Below are positions 12,001 through 24,000 of a DNA stretch of 64,000 bases, piece by piece. Each line of letters starts with the position of its first letter. Position 1 is the stretch's first letter. This DNA comes from Mobula hypostoma (taxonomy: Eukaryota). Location of the stretch: NCBI RefSeq assembly GCF_963921235.1, contig NC_086108.1, positions 116,128,001 through 116,192,000 on the forward strand, given 5' to 3'. Made by a program: the position numbers and the translations under genes. The notes below the pieces were generated by a model. That model was not told the DNA's origin and ran no database searches. It worked only from the letters and a program-made list of their open reading frames with translations.

Positions 12001-15000
12001 GTGTACGAGAGAGAGGGTGAGTGTGTGGGGTGTGTATGAGAGAGAGGGTGAGTGTGTGGGGTGTGTATGAGAGAGAGGGTGAGTGTGTGGGGTGTGTACG
12101 AGAGAGAGGGTGAGTGTGTGGGGTGTGTATGAGAGAGAGGGTGAGTGTGTGGGGTGTGTATGAGAGAGAGGGTGAGTGTGTGGGGTGTGTATGAGAGAGA
12201 GGGTGAGTGTGTGGGGTGTGTATGAGAGAGAGGGTGAGTGTGTGGGGTGTGTATGAGAGAGAGGGTGAGTGTGTGGGGTGTGTATGAGAGAGGGTGAGTG
12301 TGTGGGGTGTGTATGAGAGAGAGGGTGAGTGTGTGGGTTGTGTATGAGAGAGAGGGTGAGTGTGTGGGGTGTGTATGAGAGAGAGGGTGAGTGTGTGGGG
12401 TGTGTATGAGAGAGAGGGTGAGTGTGTGGGGTGTGTACGAGAGAGAGGGTGAGTGTGTGGGGTGTGTATGAGAGAGAGGGTGAGTGTGTGGGGTGTGTAT
12501 GAGAGAGGGTGAGTGTGTGGTGTGTGTACGAGAGAGGGTGAGTGTGTGGGGTGTGTATGAGAGAGAGGGTGAGTGTGTGGTGTGTGTACGAGAGAGAGGG
12601 TGAGTGTGTGGGGTGTGTACGAGAGAGGGTGAGTGTGTGGGGTTTGTACGAGAGAGAGGGTGAGCGTACGTTGTGTGTATCAGAGAGAGGGTGAGTGTGT
12701 GGGATGTGTACGAGAAAGAGGGTGAGTGTGTGGGGCGTGTATGAGAGAGAGGGTGAGTGTGTGGGCTGTGTACTAGAGAGAGGTTGAGTGTGTTTTGTGT
12801 GTATCAGAGAGAGGGTGAGTGTGTGGGGTGTGCACGAGAGAGAGGGTGAGTGTGTGGTGTCTCTACGAGAGAGAGGGTGAGTGTGTGGGTGTGTATGAGA
12901 GAGAGGGTGAGTGTGTGGGGTGTGTACGAGAGAGAGGGTGAGTGTGTGGGGTGTGTATGAGAGAGAGGGTGAGTGTGTGGGGTGTGTATGAGAGAGAGGG
13001 TGAGTGTGTGGGGTGTGTACAAGAGAGAGGGTGAGTGTGTGGGGTGTGTACGAGAGAGAGGATGAGTGTGTGGGGTGTGTACGAGAGAGAGGGTGAGTGT
13101 GTGGGGTGTGTACGAGAGAGAGGGTGAGTGTGTGGGGTGTGTATGAGAGAGAGGGTGAGTGTGTGGGGTGTGTATGAGAGAGGGTGAGTGTGTGGGGTGT
13201 GTACGAGAGAGAGGGTGAGTGTGTGGGGTGTGTATGAGAGAGAGGGTGAGTGTGTGGGGTGTGTACGAGAGAGAGGGTGAGTGTGTTGGGTGTGTATGAG
13301 AGAGAGGGTGAGTGTGTGTGGTGTGTATGAGAGAGAGGGTGAGTGTGTGGGGTGTGTACAAGAGAGAGGGTGAGTGTGTGGGGTGTGTATGAGAGAGGGT
13401 GAGTGTGTGGGGTGTGTATGAGAGAGAGGGTGAGTGTGTGGGGTGTGTATGAGAGAGAGAGGGTGAGTGTGTGGGGTGTGTATGAGAGAGAGGGTGAGTG
13501 TGTGGGGTGTGTATGAGAGAGAGGGTGAGTGTGTGGGGTGTGTACGAGAGAGAGGGTGAGTGTGTGGGGTGTGTATGAGAGAGAGGTGAGTGTGTGGGGT
13601 GTGTATGAGAGAGGGTGAGTGTGTGGTTTGTGCACGAGAGAGAGAGTGAGTGTGTGGTGTGTGTATGAGAGAGAGGGTGAGTGTGTGGGGTGTGTACGAG
13701 AGAGAGGGTGAGTGTGTGGGGTGTGTACGAGAGAGGGTGAGTGTGTGGGGTGTGTACGAGAGAGAGGGTGAGTGTGCGTGGTGTATATCAGAGAGAGGGT
13801 GAGTGTGTGAGATGTGTATGAGAGAGAGGGTGTGTGTACGTTGTGTTTGAGAGAGAGGGTGAGTGTGTGGGCTGTGTACTACAGAGAGGGTGAGTGTGTT
13901 GTGTCTGTATCAGAGAGAGGATGAGTGTGTCCGGTGAGTATCAACCAGAGGATGAGTGTGTCCGGTGAGTATCAACCAGAGGGTGAGTGTATGGGGTGTG
14001 TACGAGAGAGAGGATGAGTGTGTGGGGTGTGTATGAGAGAGAGGATGAGTGTGTGGGGTGTGTACGAGAGAGAGGGTGAGTGTGTGGGGTGTGTACGAGA
14101 GAGAGGGTGAGTGTGTGGGGTGTGTATGAGAGAGAGGGTGAGTGTGTGGGTGTGTATGAGAGAGAGGGTGAGTGTGTTGGGTGTGCACGAGAGAGAGGGT
14201 GAGTGTGTCGGGAGTGAATGACAGAGAGGGTGGGTGTGTGGTGTTTGTACGAGAGTGGGTGAGTGTGCGGTGTCTGTACGAGAGAGAGGGTGAGTGTGTG
14301 CGGTGTGTACGAGAGAGAGTGTGACTGTGTGGTGTGTACAAGAGAGTGGATGAATGTGTCGGGTGTGTACGAGAGTGAGTGTTAGTGTGTGGGGTGTGTA
14401 CGAGAGTGAGTGTGTGTGTGTGGGGTGTGTTTGAGAGAGAGGGTGAGTGTGTGGTGTGTGTACGAGAGAGAGGGTGAGTGTGTGGGGTGTGTACGAGAGA
14501 GAGGGTGAGTGTGTGGGTGTGTATGAGAGAGAGGGTGAGTGTGTGGGGTGTGTATCAGAGAGGGTGAGTGTGTGGGGTGTGTATGAGAGAGAGGGTGAGT
14601 GTGTGGGGTGTGTACGAGAGAGAGGGTGAGTGTGTGGGGTGTGTATGAGAGAGAGGGTGAGTGTGTGGGGTGTGTATGAGAGAGAGGGTGAGTGTGTGGG
14701 GTGTGTACGAGAGAGAGGGTGAGTGTGTGGGGTGTGTACGAGAGAGAGGGTGAGTGTGTGGGGTGTGTACGAGAGAGAGGGTGAGTGTGTGGGGTGTGTA
14801 CGAGAGAGAGGGTGAGTGTGTGGGGTGTGTATGAGAGAGAGGGTGAGTGTGTGGGGTGTGTATGAGAGAGAGGGTGAGTGTGTGGGGTGTGTACGAGAGA
14901 GAGGGTGAGTGTGTGGGGTGTGTATGAGAGAGAGGGTGAGTGTGTGGGGTGTGTACGAGAGAGAGGGTGAGTGTGTGGGGTGTGTATGAGAGAGAGGGTG

Positions 15001-18000
15001 AGTGTGTGGGGTGTGTACGAGAGAGAGGGTGAGTGTGTGGGGTGTGTATGAGAGAGGGTGAGTGTGTGGGGTGTGTATGAGAGAGAGGGTGAGTGTGTGG
15101 GGTGTGTACGAGAGAGAGGGTGAGTGTGTGGGGTGTGTATGAGAGAGAGGGTGAGTGTGTGGGGTGTGTATGAGAGAGAGGGTGAGTGTGTGGGGAGTGT
15201 ACGAGAGAGAGGGTGAGTGTGTGGGATGTGTATGAGAGAGAGTGAGGTTGTGCTGTGGGGTGTGTACGAGAGAGAGGGTGAGTGTGTGGGGTGTGTATGA
15301 GAGAGAGGGTGAGTGTGTGGTGTGTGTTTGAGAGAGAGGGTGAGTGTGTGGTGTGTGTACGAGAGAGAGGGTGAGTGTGTGGGGTGTGTACGAGAGAGAG
15401 GGTGAGTGTGTGTGGTGTGTATCAGAGAGAGGGTGAGTGTGTGGGGTGTGTATGAGAGAGAGGGTGAGTGTGTGGGGTGTGTATGAGAGAGAGGGTGAGT
15501 GTGTGGGCTGTGTACTGGAGAGAGGGTGAGTGTGTTGGGTGTGTCTCCGAGAGAGGGTGAGTGTGTGGGGTGTGTATCAGAGAGGGTGAGTGTGTGGGGT
15601 GTGTATGAGAGAGGGTGAGTGTGTGGGGTGTGTACGAGAGAGAGGGTGAGTGTGTGGGGTGTGTACGAGAGAGAGGGTGAGTGTGTGGGGTGTGTACGAG
15701 AGAGAGGGTGAGTGTGTGGGGTGTGTACGAGAGAGAGGGTGAGTGTGTGGGGTGTGTATGAGAGAGAGGGTGAGTGTGTGGGGTGTGTATGAGAGAGAGG
15801 GTGTGTGTGTGTTGTGTTTGAGAGAGAGGGTGAGTGTGTGGTGGTGTGTGTATGAGAGAGAGGGTGAGTGTGTGGGGTGTGTATGAGAGAGAGGGTGAGT
15901 GTGTGGGGTGTGTATGAGAGAGAGGGTGAGTGTGTGGGGTGTGTACGAGAGAGAGGGTGAGTGTGTGGGGTGTGTACGAGAGAGAGGGTGAGTGTGTGGG
16001 GTGTGTATGAGAGAGAGGGTGAGTGTGTGGGGTGTGTATGAGAGAGAGGGTGAGTGTGTGGGGTGTGTACGAGAGAGAGGGTGAGTGTGTGAGTTTTGTA
16101 TCAGAGAGAGGATGAGTGTTTCGAGTGTGTATCAGCCAGAGGGTGAGTGTGTGGTGTGTGTACAAGAGAGAGGGTGAATGTGTGGGGTGTGTGAGAGAGA
16201 GGGTGAGTGTGTGGGGTGTGTACAAGAGAGAGGGTGAGTGTGTGGGGTGTGTATGAGAGAGGGTGAGTGTGTGGGGTGTGTGAGAGAGAGGGTGAGTGTG
16301 TTGGGGTGTGTATGAGAGAGAGGGTGAGTGTGCGTGGTGTGTATGAGAGAGAGGGTGAGTGTGCTGTGTGTGTATGAGAGAGAGGGTGAGTGTGTGGGGT
16401 GTGTACGAGAGAGAGGGTGAGTGTGTTGTTGTATCAGAGAGAGGGCTGAGTGTGTCGGGTGTGTATCAGCCAGAGAGGGTGAGTGTGTGGTGTGTGTACA
16501 AGAGAGAGGGTGAGTGTGTGGGGTGTGTACAAGAGAGAGGGTGAGTGTGTGGGGTGTGTATGAGAGAGGGTGAGTGTGCGTGGTGTGTATCAGAGAGAGG
16601 GTGAGTGTGTGGGGTGTGTATGAGAGAGAGGGTGAGTGTGTGGTAGTGTATGAGAGAGAGGGTGAGTGTGTGGGGTGTGTATGAGAGAGAGGGTGAGTGT
16701 GTGGGGTGTGTATGAGAGAGAGGGTGAGTGTGTGGGGTGTGTACGAGAGAGAGGGTGAGTGTGTGGGGTGTGTACAAGAGAGAGGGTGAGTGTGTGGGGT
16801 GTGTATGAGAGAGAGGGTGAGTGTGTGGGGTGTGTACGAGAGAGAGGGTGAGTGCGTGGGGTGTGTATGAGAGAGTGGGTGAGTGTGTTGTGTCTGTATC
16901 AGAGAGAGAGTGAGTGTGTCCGGTGTGTATGAGAGAGAGGGTGAGTGTGTGTGGTGTGTATGAGAGAGAGGGTGAGTGTGTGGGCTGTGTACTAGAGAGA
17001 GGGTGAGTGTGTTGTGTCTGTATCAGAGAGAGGATGAGTGTGTCCGGTGTGTATCAGCCAGAGGGTGAGTGTGTGGTGTGTGTACAAGAGAGAGGGTGAG
17101 TGTGTGGGGTGTGTACAAGAGAGAGGATGAGTGTGTGGGGTGTGTATGAGAGAGGGTGAGTGTGTGGTGTGTGTATGAGAGAGAGGGTGAGTGTGTGGGG
17201 TGTGTATGAGAGAGGGTGAGTGTGAGGGGTGTGAATGAGAGAGAGGGTGAGTGTGTGGGGTGTGCACGAGAGAGGAGAGCGTGAATGTGTGGGGTGTGTA
17301 TGAGAGAGAGGGTGAGTGTGTGGGGTGTGTATGAGAGAGAGGGTGAATGTGTACATTGTGTACAAGAGAGTGGATGAGTGTGTGGGGTGTATACAAGTGT
17401 GAGTGTTAGTGTGTGGGGTGTGTACGAGAGAGAGGATGAGTGTGTGGGCTGTGTACGAGAGAGAGGGTGAGTGTGTGTGGTGTGTACGAGAGACAGGGTG
17501 AGTGTGTGGGCTGTGCAAGAGAGACAGGGTGAGTATGTGGGCTGTGTACGAGAGAGAGGGTGAGTGTGTGGGGTGTGTACGAGAGAGAGGGTGAGTGTGT
17601 GGGCTGTGTACTAGAGAGAGGTTGAGTGTGTTGGATGTGTCTGAGAGAGAGGGTGAGTGTGTGGGGTGTGTATGAGAGAGAGGGTGAGTGTGTAGGGTGT
17701 GCACGAGAGAGAGGGTGACTGTCGGGAGTGAATGACAGAGAGGGTGGGTGTGTGGGGTTTGTACGAGAGTGGGTGAGTGTGTGGTGTCTGTACGAGAGAG
17801 CGGGTGAGTGTGTGCGGTGTGTACGAGAGAGAGTGTGACTGTGTGGTGTGTACAAGAGAGTGGATGAGTGTGTGGGGTGTGTACGAGAGAGAGTGTGACT
17901 GTGTGTTGTGTACAAGAGAGTGGATGAGTGTGTGGGGTGTGTACGAGAGAGAGGATGAGTGTGTGGGGTGTATACAAGAGAGATGATGAGTGTGTGTGGT

Positions 18001-21000
18001 GTGTACGAGAGAGAGGATGAGTGTGCGTGGTGTGTATCAGAGAGAGGGTGAGTGTGAGGGGTGTGTATGAGAGATAAGGTGAGTGTGTAGGCTGTGAAAG
18101 AGAGAGAGGGTGAGTGTGTGGGCTGTGCAAGAGAGAGAGGGTGAGTGTGTGGGGTGTGTACGAGAGAGAGGGTGAGTGTGTGGGGTGTGTATGAGAGAGA
18201 GGGTGAGTGTGTGGGGTGTGTATGAGAGAGAGGGTGAGTGTGTGGGCTGTGTACTAGGAGAGGGTGAGTGTGTTGTGTCTGTATCAGAGAGAGGATGAGT
18301 GTGTCCGGTGAGTATCAACCAGAGGGTGAGTGTGTGGTGTGTTTACAAGAGAGAGGGTGAGTGTGTGGGGTGTGTACGAGAGAGAGGGTGAGTGTGTGGG
18401 GTGTGCACGAGAGAGAGAGTGAATGTGTGGTGTGTGTATGAGAGAGTGGGTGAGTGTGTGGGGTGTGTATGATAGAGAGGGTGAGTGTGTACGTTGTGTA
18501 CAAGAGAGTGGATGAGTGTGTGGGGTGTGTACGAGAGTGAGTGTTAGTGTGTGGGGTGTGTATGAGAGTGAGTGTGTGTATGTGGGGTGTGTATGAGAGA
18601 GAGGGTGAGTGTGTGGGATGCGGATGAGAAAGAGCGTGAGTGTGTTGGGTGTGTATGAGAGAGCTGGTGAGTGTGCGTGGTGTGTTTGGGAGAGAGGGTG
18701 AGTGTGTGGGGTGTGTACGAGAGAGAGGATGAGTGTGGGGTGTATACAAGAGAGATGATGAGTGTGTGTGGTGTGTACGAGAGAGAGGATGAGTGTGTGG
18801 GGTGTGTACGAGAGAGAGGGTAAGTGCGTGGGGTGTGTATGAGAGAGGGTGAGTGTGTCGGGTGTGTATGAGAGAGGGTGAGTGTGTGGGGTGTGCACGA
18901 GAGAGAGGGTGAGTGTTTGGGATGTGCATGAGAGAGAGGGTGAGTGTGTGGGGAGTGAATGAGAGGGTGGATGTGTGGGGTTTGTACGAGAGCGGGTGAG
19001 TATGCGGTGACTGTACGAGAGAGAGGGTGAGTGTGTGCCGTGTGTACGAGAGAGATTGTGACTGTGTGCGGTTTGTACAAGAGAGTGGATGAGTGTGTGG
19101 GTGTGTGCGAGAGTGAGTGTGAGTGTTTGGGGTGTGTACGAGAGAGAGGGTGAGTGTCTGGGGTGTGTATGAGAGAGAGGGTGAGTGTGTGGGATGCGGA
19201 TGAGAAAGAGCGTGAGTGTGTTGGGTGTGTATGAGAGAGCTGGTGAGTGTGCGTGGTGTGTTTGGGAGAGAGGGTGAGTGTGTGGGGTGTGTATGAGAGA
19301 GAGGGTGAGTGTGTGGGGTGTGTACGAGAGAGAGGATGAGTGTGTGGGGTGTGTACGAGAGAGAGGGTAAGTGCGTGGGGTGTGTATGAGAGAGGGTGAG
19401 TGTGTCGGGTGTGTATGAGAGAGGGTGAGTGTGTGGGGTGTGCACGAGAGAGAGGGTGAGTGTTTGGGATGTGCATGAGAGAGAGGGTGAGTGTGTGGGG
19501 AGTGAATGAGAGGGTGGATGTGTGGGGTTTGTACGAGAGCGGGTGAGTATGCGGTGACTGTACGAGAGAGAGGGTGAGTGTGTGCCGTGTGTACGAGAGA
19601 GATTGTGACTGTGTGCGGTTTGTACAAGAGAGTGGATGAGTGTGTGGGTGTGTGCGAGAGTGAGTGTGAGTGTTTGGGGTGTGTACGAGAGAGAGGGTGA
19701 GTGTGCGGGGGTGTGTATGAGAGAGAGGGTGAGTGTGTAGGGTGTGCATGAGAGAGAGGGTGACTGTCGGGAGTGAATGACAGAGAGGGTGGGTGTGTGG
19801 GGTTTGTACGAGAGTGGGTGAGTGTGCGGTGTCTGTACGAGAGAGAGGGTGAGTGTGTGGGGTGTGTATGAGAGAGAGGGTGAGTGTGTGGGGAGTGTAT
19901 GAGAGAGAGGGTGAGTGTGTGGGGTGTGTGTATGAGAGAGAGGGTGAGTGTGTGGGGTGTGTATGAGAGAGAGGGTGAGTGTGTGGGCTGTGTACTAGAG
20001 AGAGGGTGACTTTGTTGTGTCTGTATCAGAGAAAGGATGAGGTGTCCGGTGTTTGTCAGCCAAAGGGTGAGTGTGTGGTGTGTGTACAAGAGAGAGGGTG
20101 AGTGTGTGGGGTGTGTACGAGAGAGAGGATGAGTGTGTGGGCTGTATACAACAGAGATGATGAGTGTGTGTAGTGTGTATGAGAGAGAGGATGAGTGTGT
20201 GTGGTGTGTATGAGAGAGAGGGTGAGTGTGTGGGGTGTGTATGAGAGAGAGGGTGAGTGTGTGGGGTGTGTACGAGAGAGGGTGAGTGTGTGGGGTGTGT
20301 ACGAGAGAGAGGGTGAGTGTGTGGTGTGTGTATGAGAGAGAGGGTGAGTGTGTGGGGTGTGTACGAGAGAGGGTGAGTGTGTGGGGTGTGTATGAGAGAG
20401 AGGGTGAGTGTGTGGGGTGTGTATCAGAGAGAGGGTGAGTGTGTGGGGTGTGTATCAGAGAGAGGGTGAGTGTGTGGGGTGTGTACGAGAGAGAGGGTGA
20501 GTGTGTGGGGTGTGTACGAGAGAGAGGGTGAGTGTGTGGGGTGTGTACGAGAGAGAGGGTGAGTGTGTGGGGTGTGTATGAGAGAGGGTGAGTGTGTGGG
20601 GTGTGTACGAGAGAGAGGGTGAGTGTGTGGGGTGTGTATGAGAGAGAGGGTGAGTGTGTGGGGTTTGTACGAGAGAGGGTGAGTGTGCGGTGTGTGTACG
20701 AGAGAGAGGGTGAGTGTGTGCCGTGTGTACGAGAGAGATTGTGACTGTGTGCGGTTTGTACAAGAGAGTGGATGAGTGTGTGGGGTGTGTACGAGAGTGA
20801 GTGTGAGTGTGTGGGGTGTGTACGAGAGTGAGGGTGAGTGTGTGGGGTGTGTATGAGAGAGAGGGTGAGTGTGTGGGATGTGTATGAGAGAGAGGGTGAG
20901 TGTGTTGGGTGTGTATGAGAGAGAGGGTGAGTGTGCGTGGTGTGTTTGAGAGAGAGGGTGAGTGTGTGGGGTGTGTATGAGAGAGAGGGTGAGTGTGTGG

Positions 21001-24000
21001 GCTGTGTACTAGAGAGAGGGTGAGTGTGTTGTGTCTGTATCAGAGAGAGGATGAGTGTGTCCGGTGTGTATCAGCCAGAGGGTGAGTGTGTGGTGTGTGT
21101 ACAAGAGAGAGGGTGAGTGTGTGGGGTGTGTACGAGAGAGAGGGTGAGTGTGTGGGGTGTGTACGAGAGAGAGGGTGAGTGTGTGGGGTGTGTACGAGAG
21201 AGAGGATGAGTGTGTGGGGTGTGTATCAGAGAGAGGGTGAGTGTGTGGGGTGTGTATGAGAGAGAGGGTGAGTGTGTGTGGTTTGTGTATGAGAGAGGGT
21301 GAGTGTGTGTGGTGTGTATGAGAGAGAGGGTGAGTGTGTGGGGTGTGTATGAGAGAGAGGGTGAGTGTGTGGGGTGTGTATGAGAGAGAGGGTGAGTGTG
21401 TGGGGTGTGTATGAGAGAGAGGGTGAGTGTGTGGGCTGTGTACGAGAGAGAGGGTGAGTGTGTGGGGTGTGTATGAGAGAGGGTGAGTGTGTGGGGTGTG
21501 TATGAGAGAGAGGGTGAGTGTGTGGGCTGTGTACTAGAGAGAGGGTGAGTGTGTTGTGTCTGTATCAGAGAGAGGATGAGTGTGTCCGGTGTGTATCAGC
21601 CAGAGGGTGAGTGTGTGGTGTGTGTACAAGAGAGAGGGTGAGTGTGTGGGGTGTGTACGAGAGAGAGGGTGAGTGTGTGGGGTGTGTACGAGAGAGAGGG
21701 TGAGTGTGTGGGGTGTGTACGAGAGAGAGGGTGAGTGTGTGGGGTGTGTCCGAGAGAGATGGTGAGTGTGCGTGGTGTGTTTGAGAGAGAGGGTGAGTGT
21801 GTGGGTTGTGCACTAGAGCGATAAAGAGTGTGTGTGGTCTGTACGAGACAGAGGGTGAGTGTGTGGTGTGTGTATGAGAGAGAGGGTGAGTGTGTGGGGT
21901 GTGTATGAGAGAGAGGGTGAGTGTGTGGGGTGTGTATGAGAGAGAGGGTGAGTGTGTGTGGTGTGTATGAGAGAGAGGGTGAGTGTGTGTGCTGTGTATG
22001 AGAGAGAGGGTGAGTGTGTGGTGTGTGTATGAGAGAGAGGGTGAGTGTGTGGGGTGTGTACAAGAGAGAGGGTGAGTGTGTGGGGTGTGTACGAGAGAGA
22101 GGATGAGTGTGTGGGGTGTGTACGAGAGAGAGGGTGAGTGTGTGGGGTGTGTACGAGAGAGAGAGAGTGTGTGTGGGGTGTGTATGAGAGAGAGGGTGAG
22201 TGTGTGGGGTGTGTATGAGAGAGAGGGTGAGTGTGTGGGGTGTGTACGAGAGAGAGGGTGAGTGTGTGGGGTGTGTATGAGAGAGAGGGTGAGTGTGTGA
22301 GATGTGTACGAGAGAGAGGGTGAGTGTGTGGGGTGTGTATGAGAGAGGGTGAGTGTGTGGGGTGTGTATGAGAGAGAGGGTGAGTGTGTGGGGTGTGTAC
22401 GAGAGAGAGGGTGAGTGTGTGGGGTGTGTATGAGAGAGAGGGTGAGTGTGTGGGGTGTGTATGAGAGAGAGGGTGAGTGTGTGGGGTGTGCACGAGAGAG
22501 AGGGTGAGTGTGTGGTGTGTGTATGAGAGAGAGTAAGTGTGTGGGGTGTGTATGAGAGGGGTGAGTGGGCGGTCTGTGTTCGAGAGAGGGTGAGTGTGCG
22601 GTGTGTTTACGAGAGAGAGGGTGAGTGTGCTGTGTGTGTATGAGAGAGAGGCTGAGTGTGTGGGGTTTGTACGAGAGAGAGTGAGTGTGTGGGGTGTGTA
22701 CGAGAGAGAGGGTGAGCGTGTGTGGTGTATATCAGAGAGAGGGTGAGTGTGTGAGATGTGTATGAGAGAAAGGGTGAGTGTGTGGTGAGTGTATGAGAGA
22801 AAGGGTGAGTGTGTGTGCGGTGTGTGTATGAGAGAGGGTGAGTGTGTGTGTCTGTATCAGAGAGAGGATGAGTGTGTTGTGTGTGTATCAGAGAGAGGGT
22901 GAGTGTGTGGTGTGTGTACAAGAGAGAGGGTGAGTGTGTGTGTATGAGAGAGAGGGTGAGTGTGTGGGGTGTGTACGAGAGAGAGGGTGAGTGTGTGGGG
23001 TGTGTATGAGAGAGAGGGTGAGTGTGTGGGTGTGTAGGAGCGAGATGGTGAGTATGTGGGCAGTGTACCAGAGAGAGGGTGAGTGTGTAGGGTGTGTACG
23101 AGAGAGAGGATGAGTGTGTGGGGTGTGTACGAGAGAGAGGGTGAGTGTGTGGGGTGTGTATGAGAGAGAGGGTGAGTGTGTGGGGTGTGTATGAGAGAGA
23201 GGGTGAGTGTGTGGGGTGTGTATGAGAGAGAGGGTGAGTGTGTGGGCTGTGTACGAGAGAGAGGGTGAGTGTGTGGGGTGTGTATGAGAGAGAGGGTGAG
23301 TGTGTGGGGTGTGTACGAGAGAGAGGGTGAGTGTGTGGGGTGTGTATGAGAGAGAGGGTGAGTGTGTGGGGTGTGTATGAGAGAGAGGGTGAGTGTGTGG
23401 GGTGTGTACAAGAGAGAGGGTGAGTGTGCGGAATGTGTATGAGAGAGGGTGAGTGTGAGGAGTGTGAATGAGAGATGGTGAGTGTGTGGGGTGTGCACGA
23501 GAGAGAGAGAGTGAATGTGTGGGGTGTGTATGAGAGAGAGGGTGAGTGTGTGGGGTGTGTATGAGAGAGAGGGTGAGTGTGTGGTGTGTGTATGAGAGAA
23601 AGGGTGGTGAGTGTGCGGTGTGTGTATGAGAGAGGGTGAGTGTGTGTGCGGTGTATGAGAGAGGGTGAGTGTGTGGGGTGTTTATGAGAGAGGGTGAGTG
23701 TGCGGTGTGTGTATGAGAGAGAGGGTGAGTGTGTGGGGAGTGTATGAGAGAGAGGGTGAGTGTGTGGGGTGTGTACGAGAGAGGGTGAGTGTGTGGGGTG
23801 TGTACGAGAGAGAGGGTGAGTGTGTGGTGTGTATCAGAGAGAGGGTGAGTGTGTGGGGTGTGTATGAGAGAGAGGGTGAGTGTGGTGTGTGTGAGAGAGA
23901 GAGGGTGAGTGTGTGGGGTGTGTACTAGAGAGAGGGTGAGTTTGTTGTGTCTGTATCAGAGAGAGGATGAGTATGTCGTGTGTGTATCAGCCAGAGGGTG

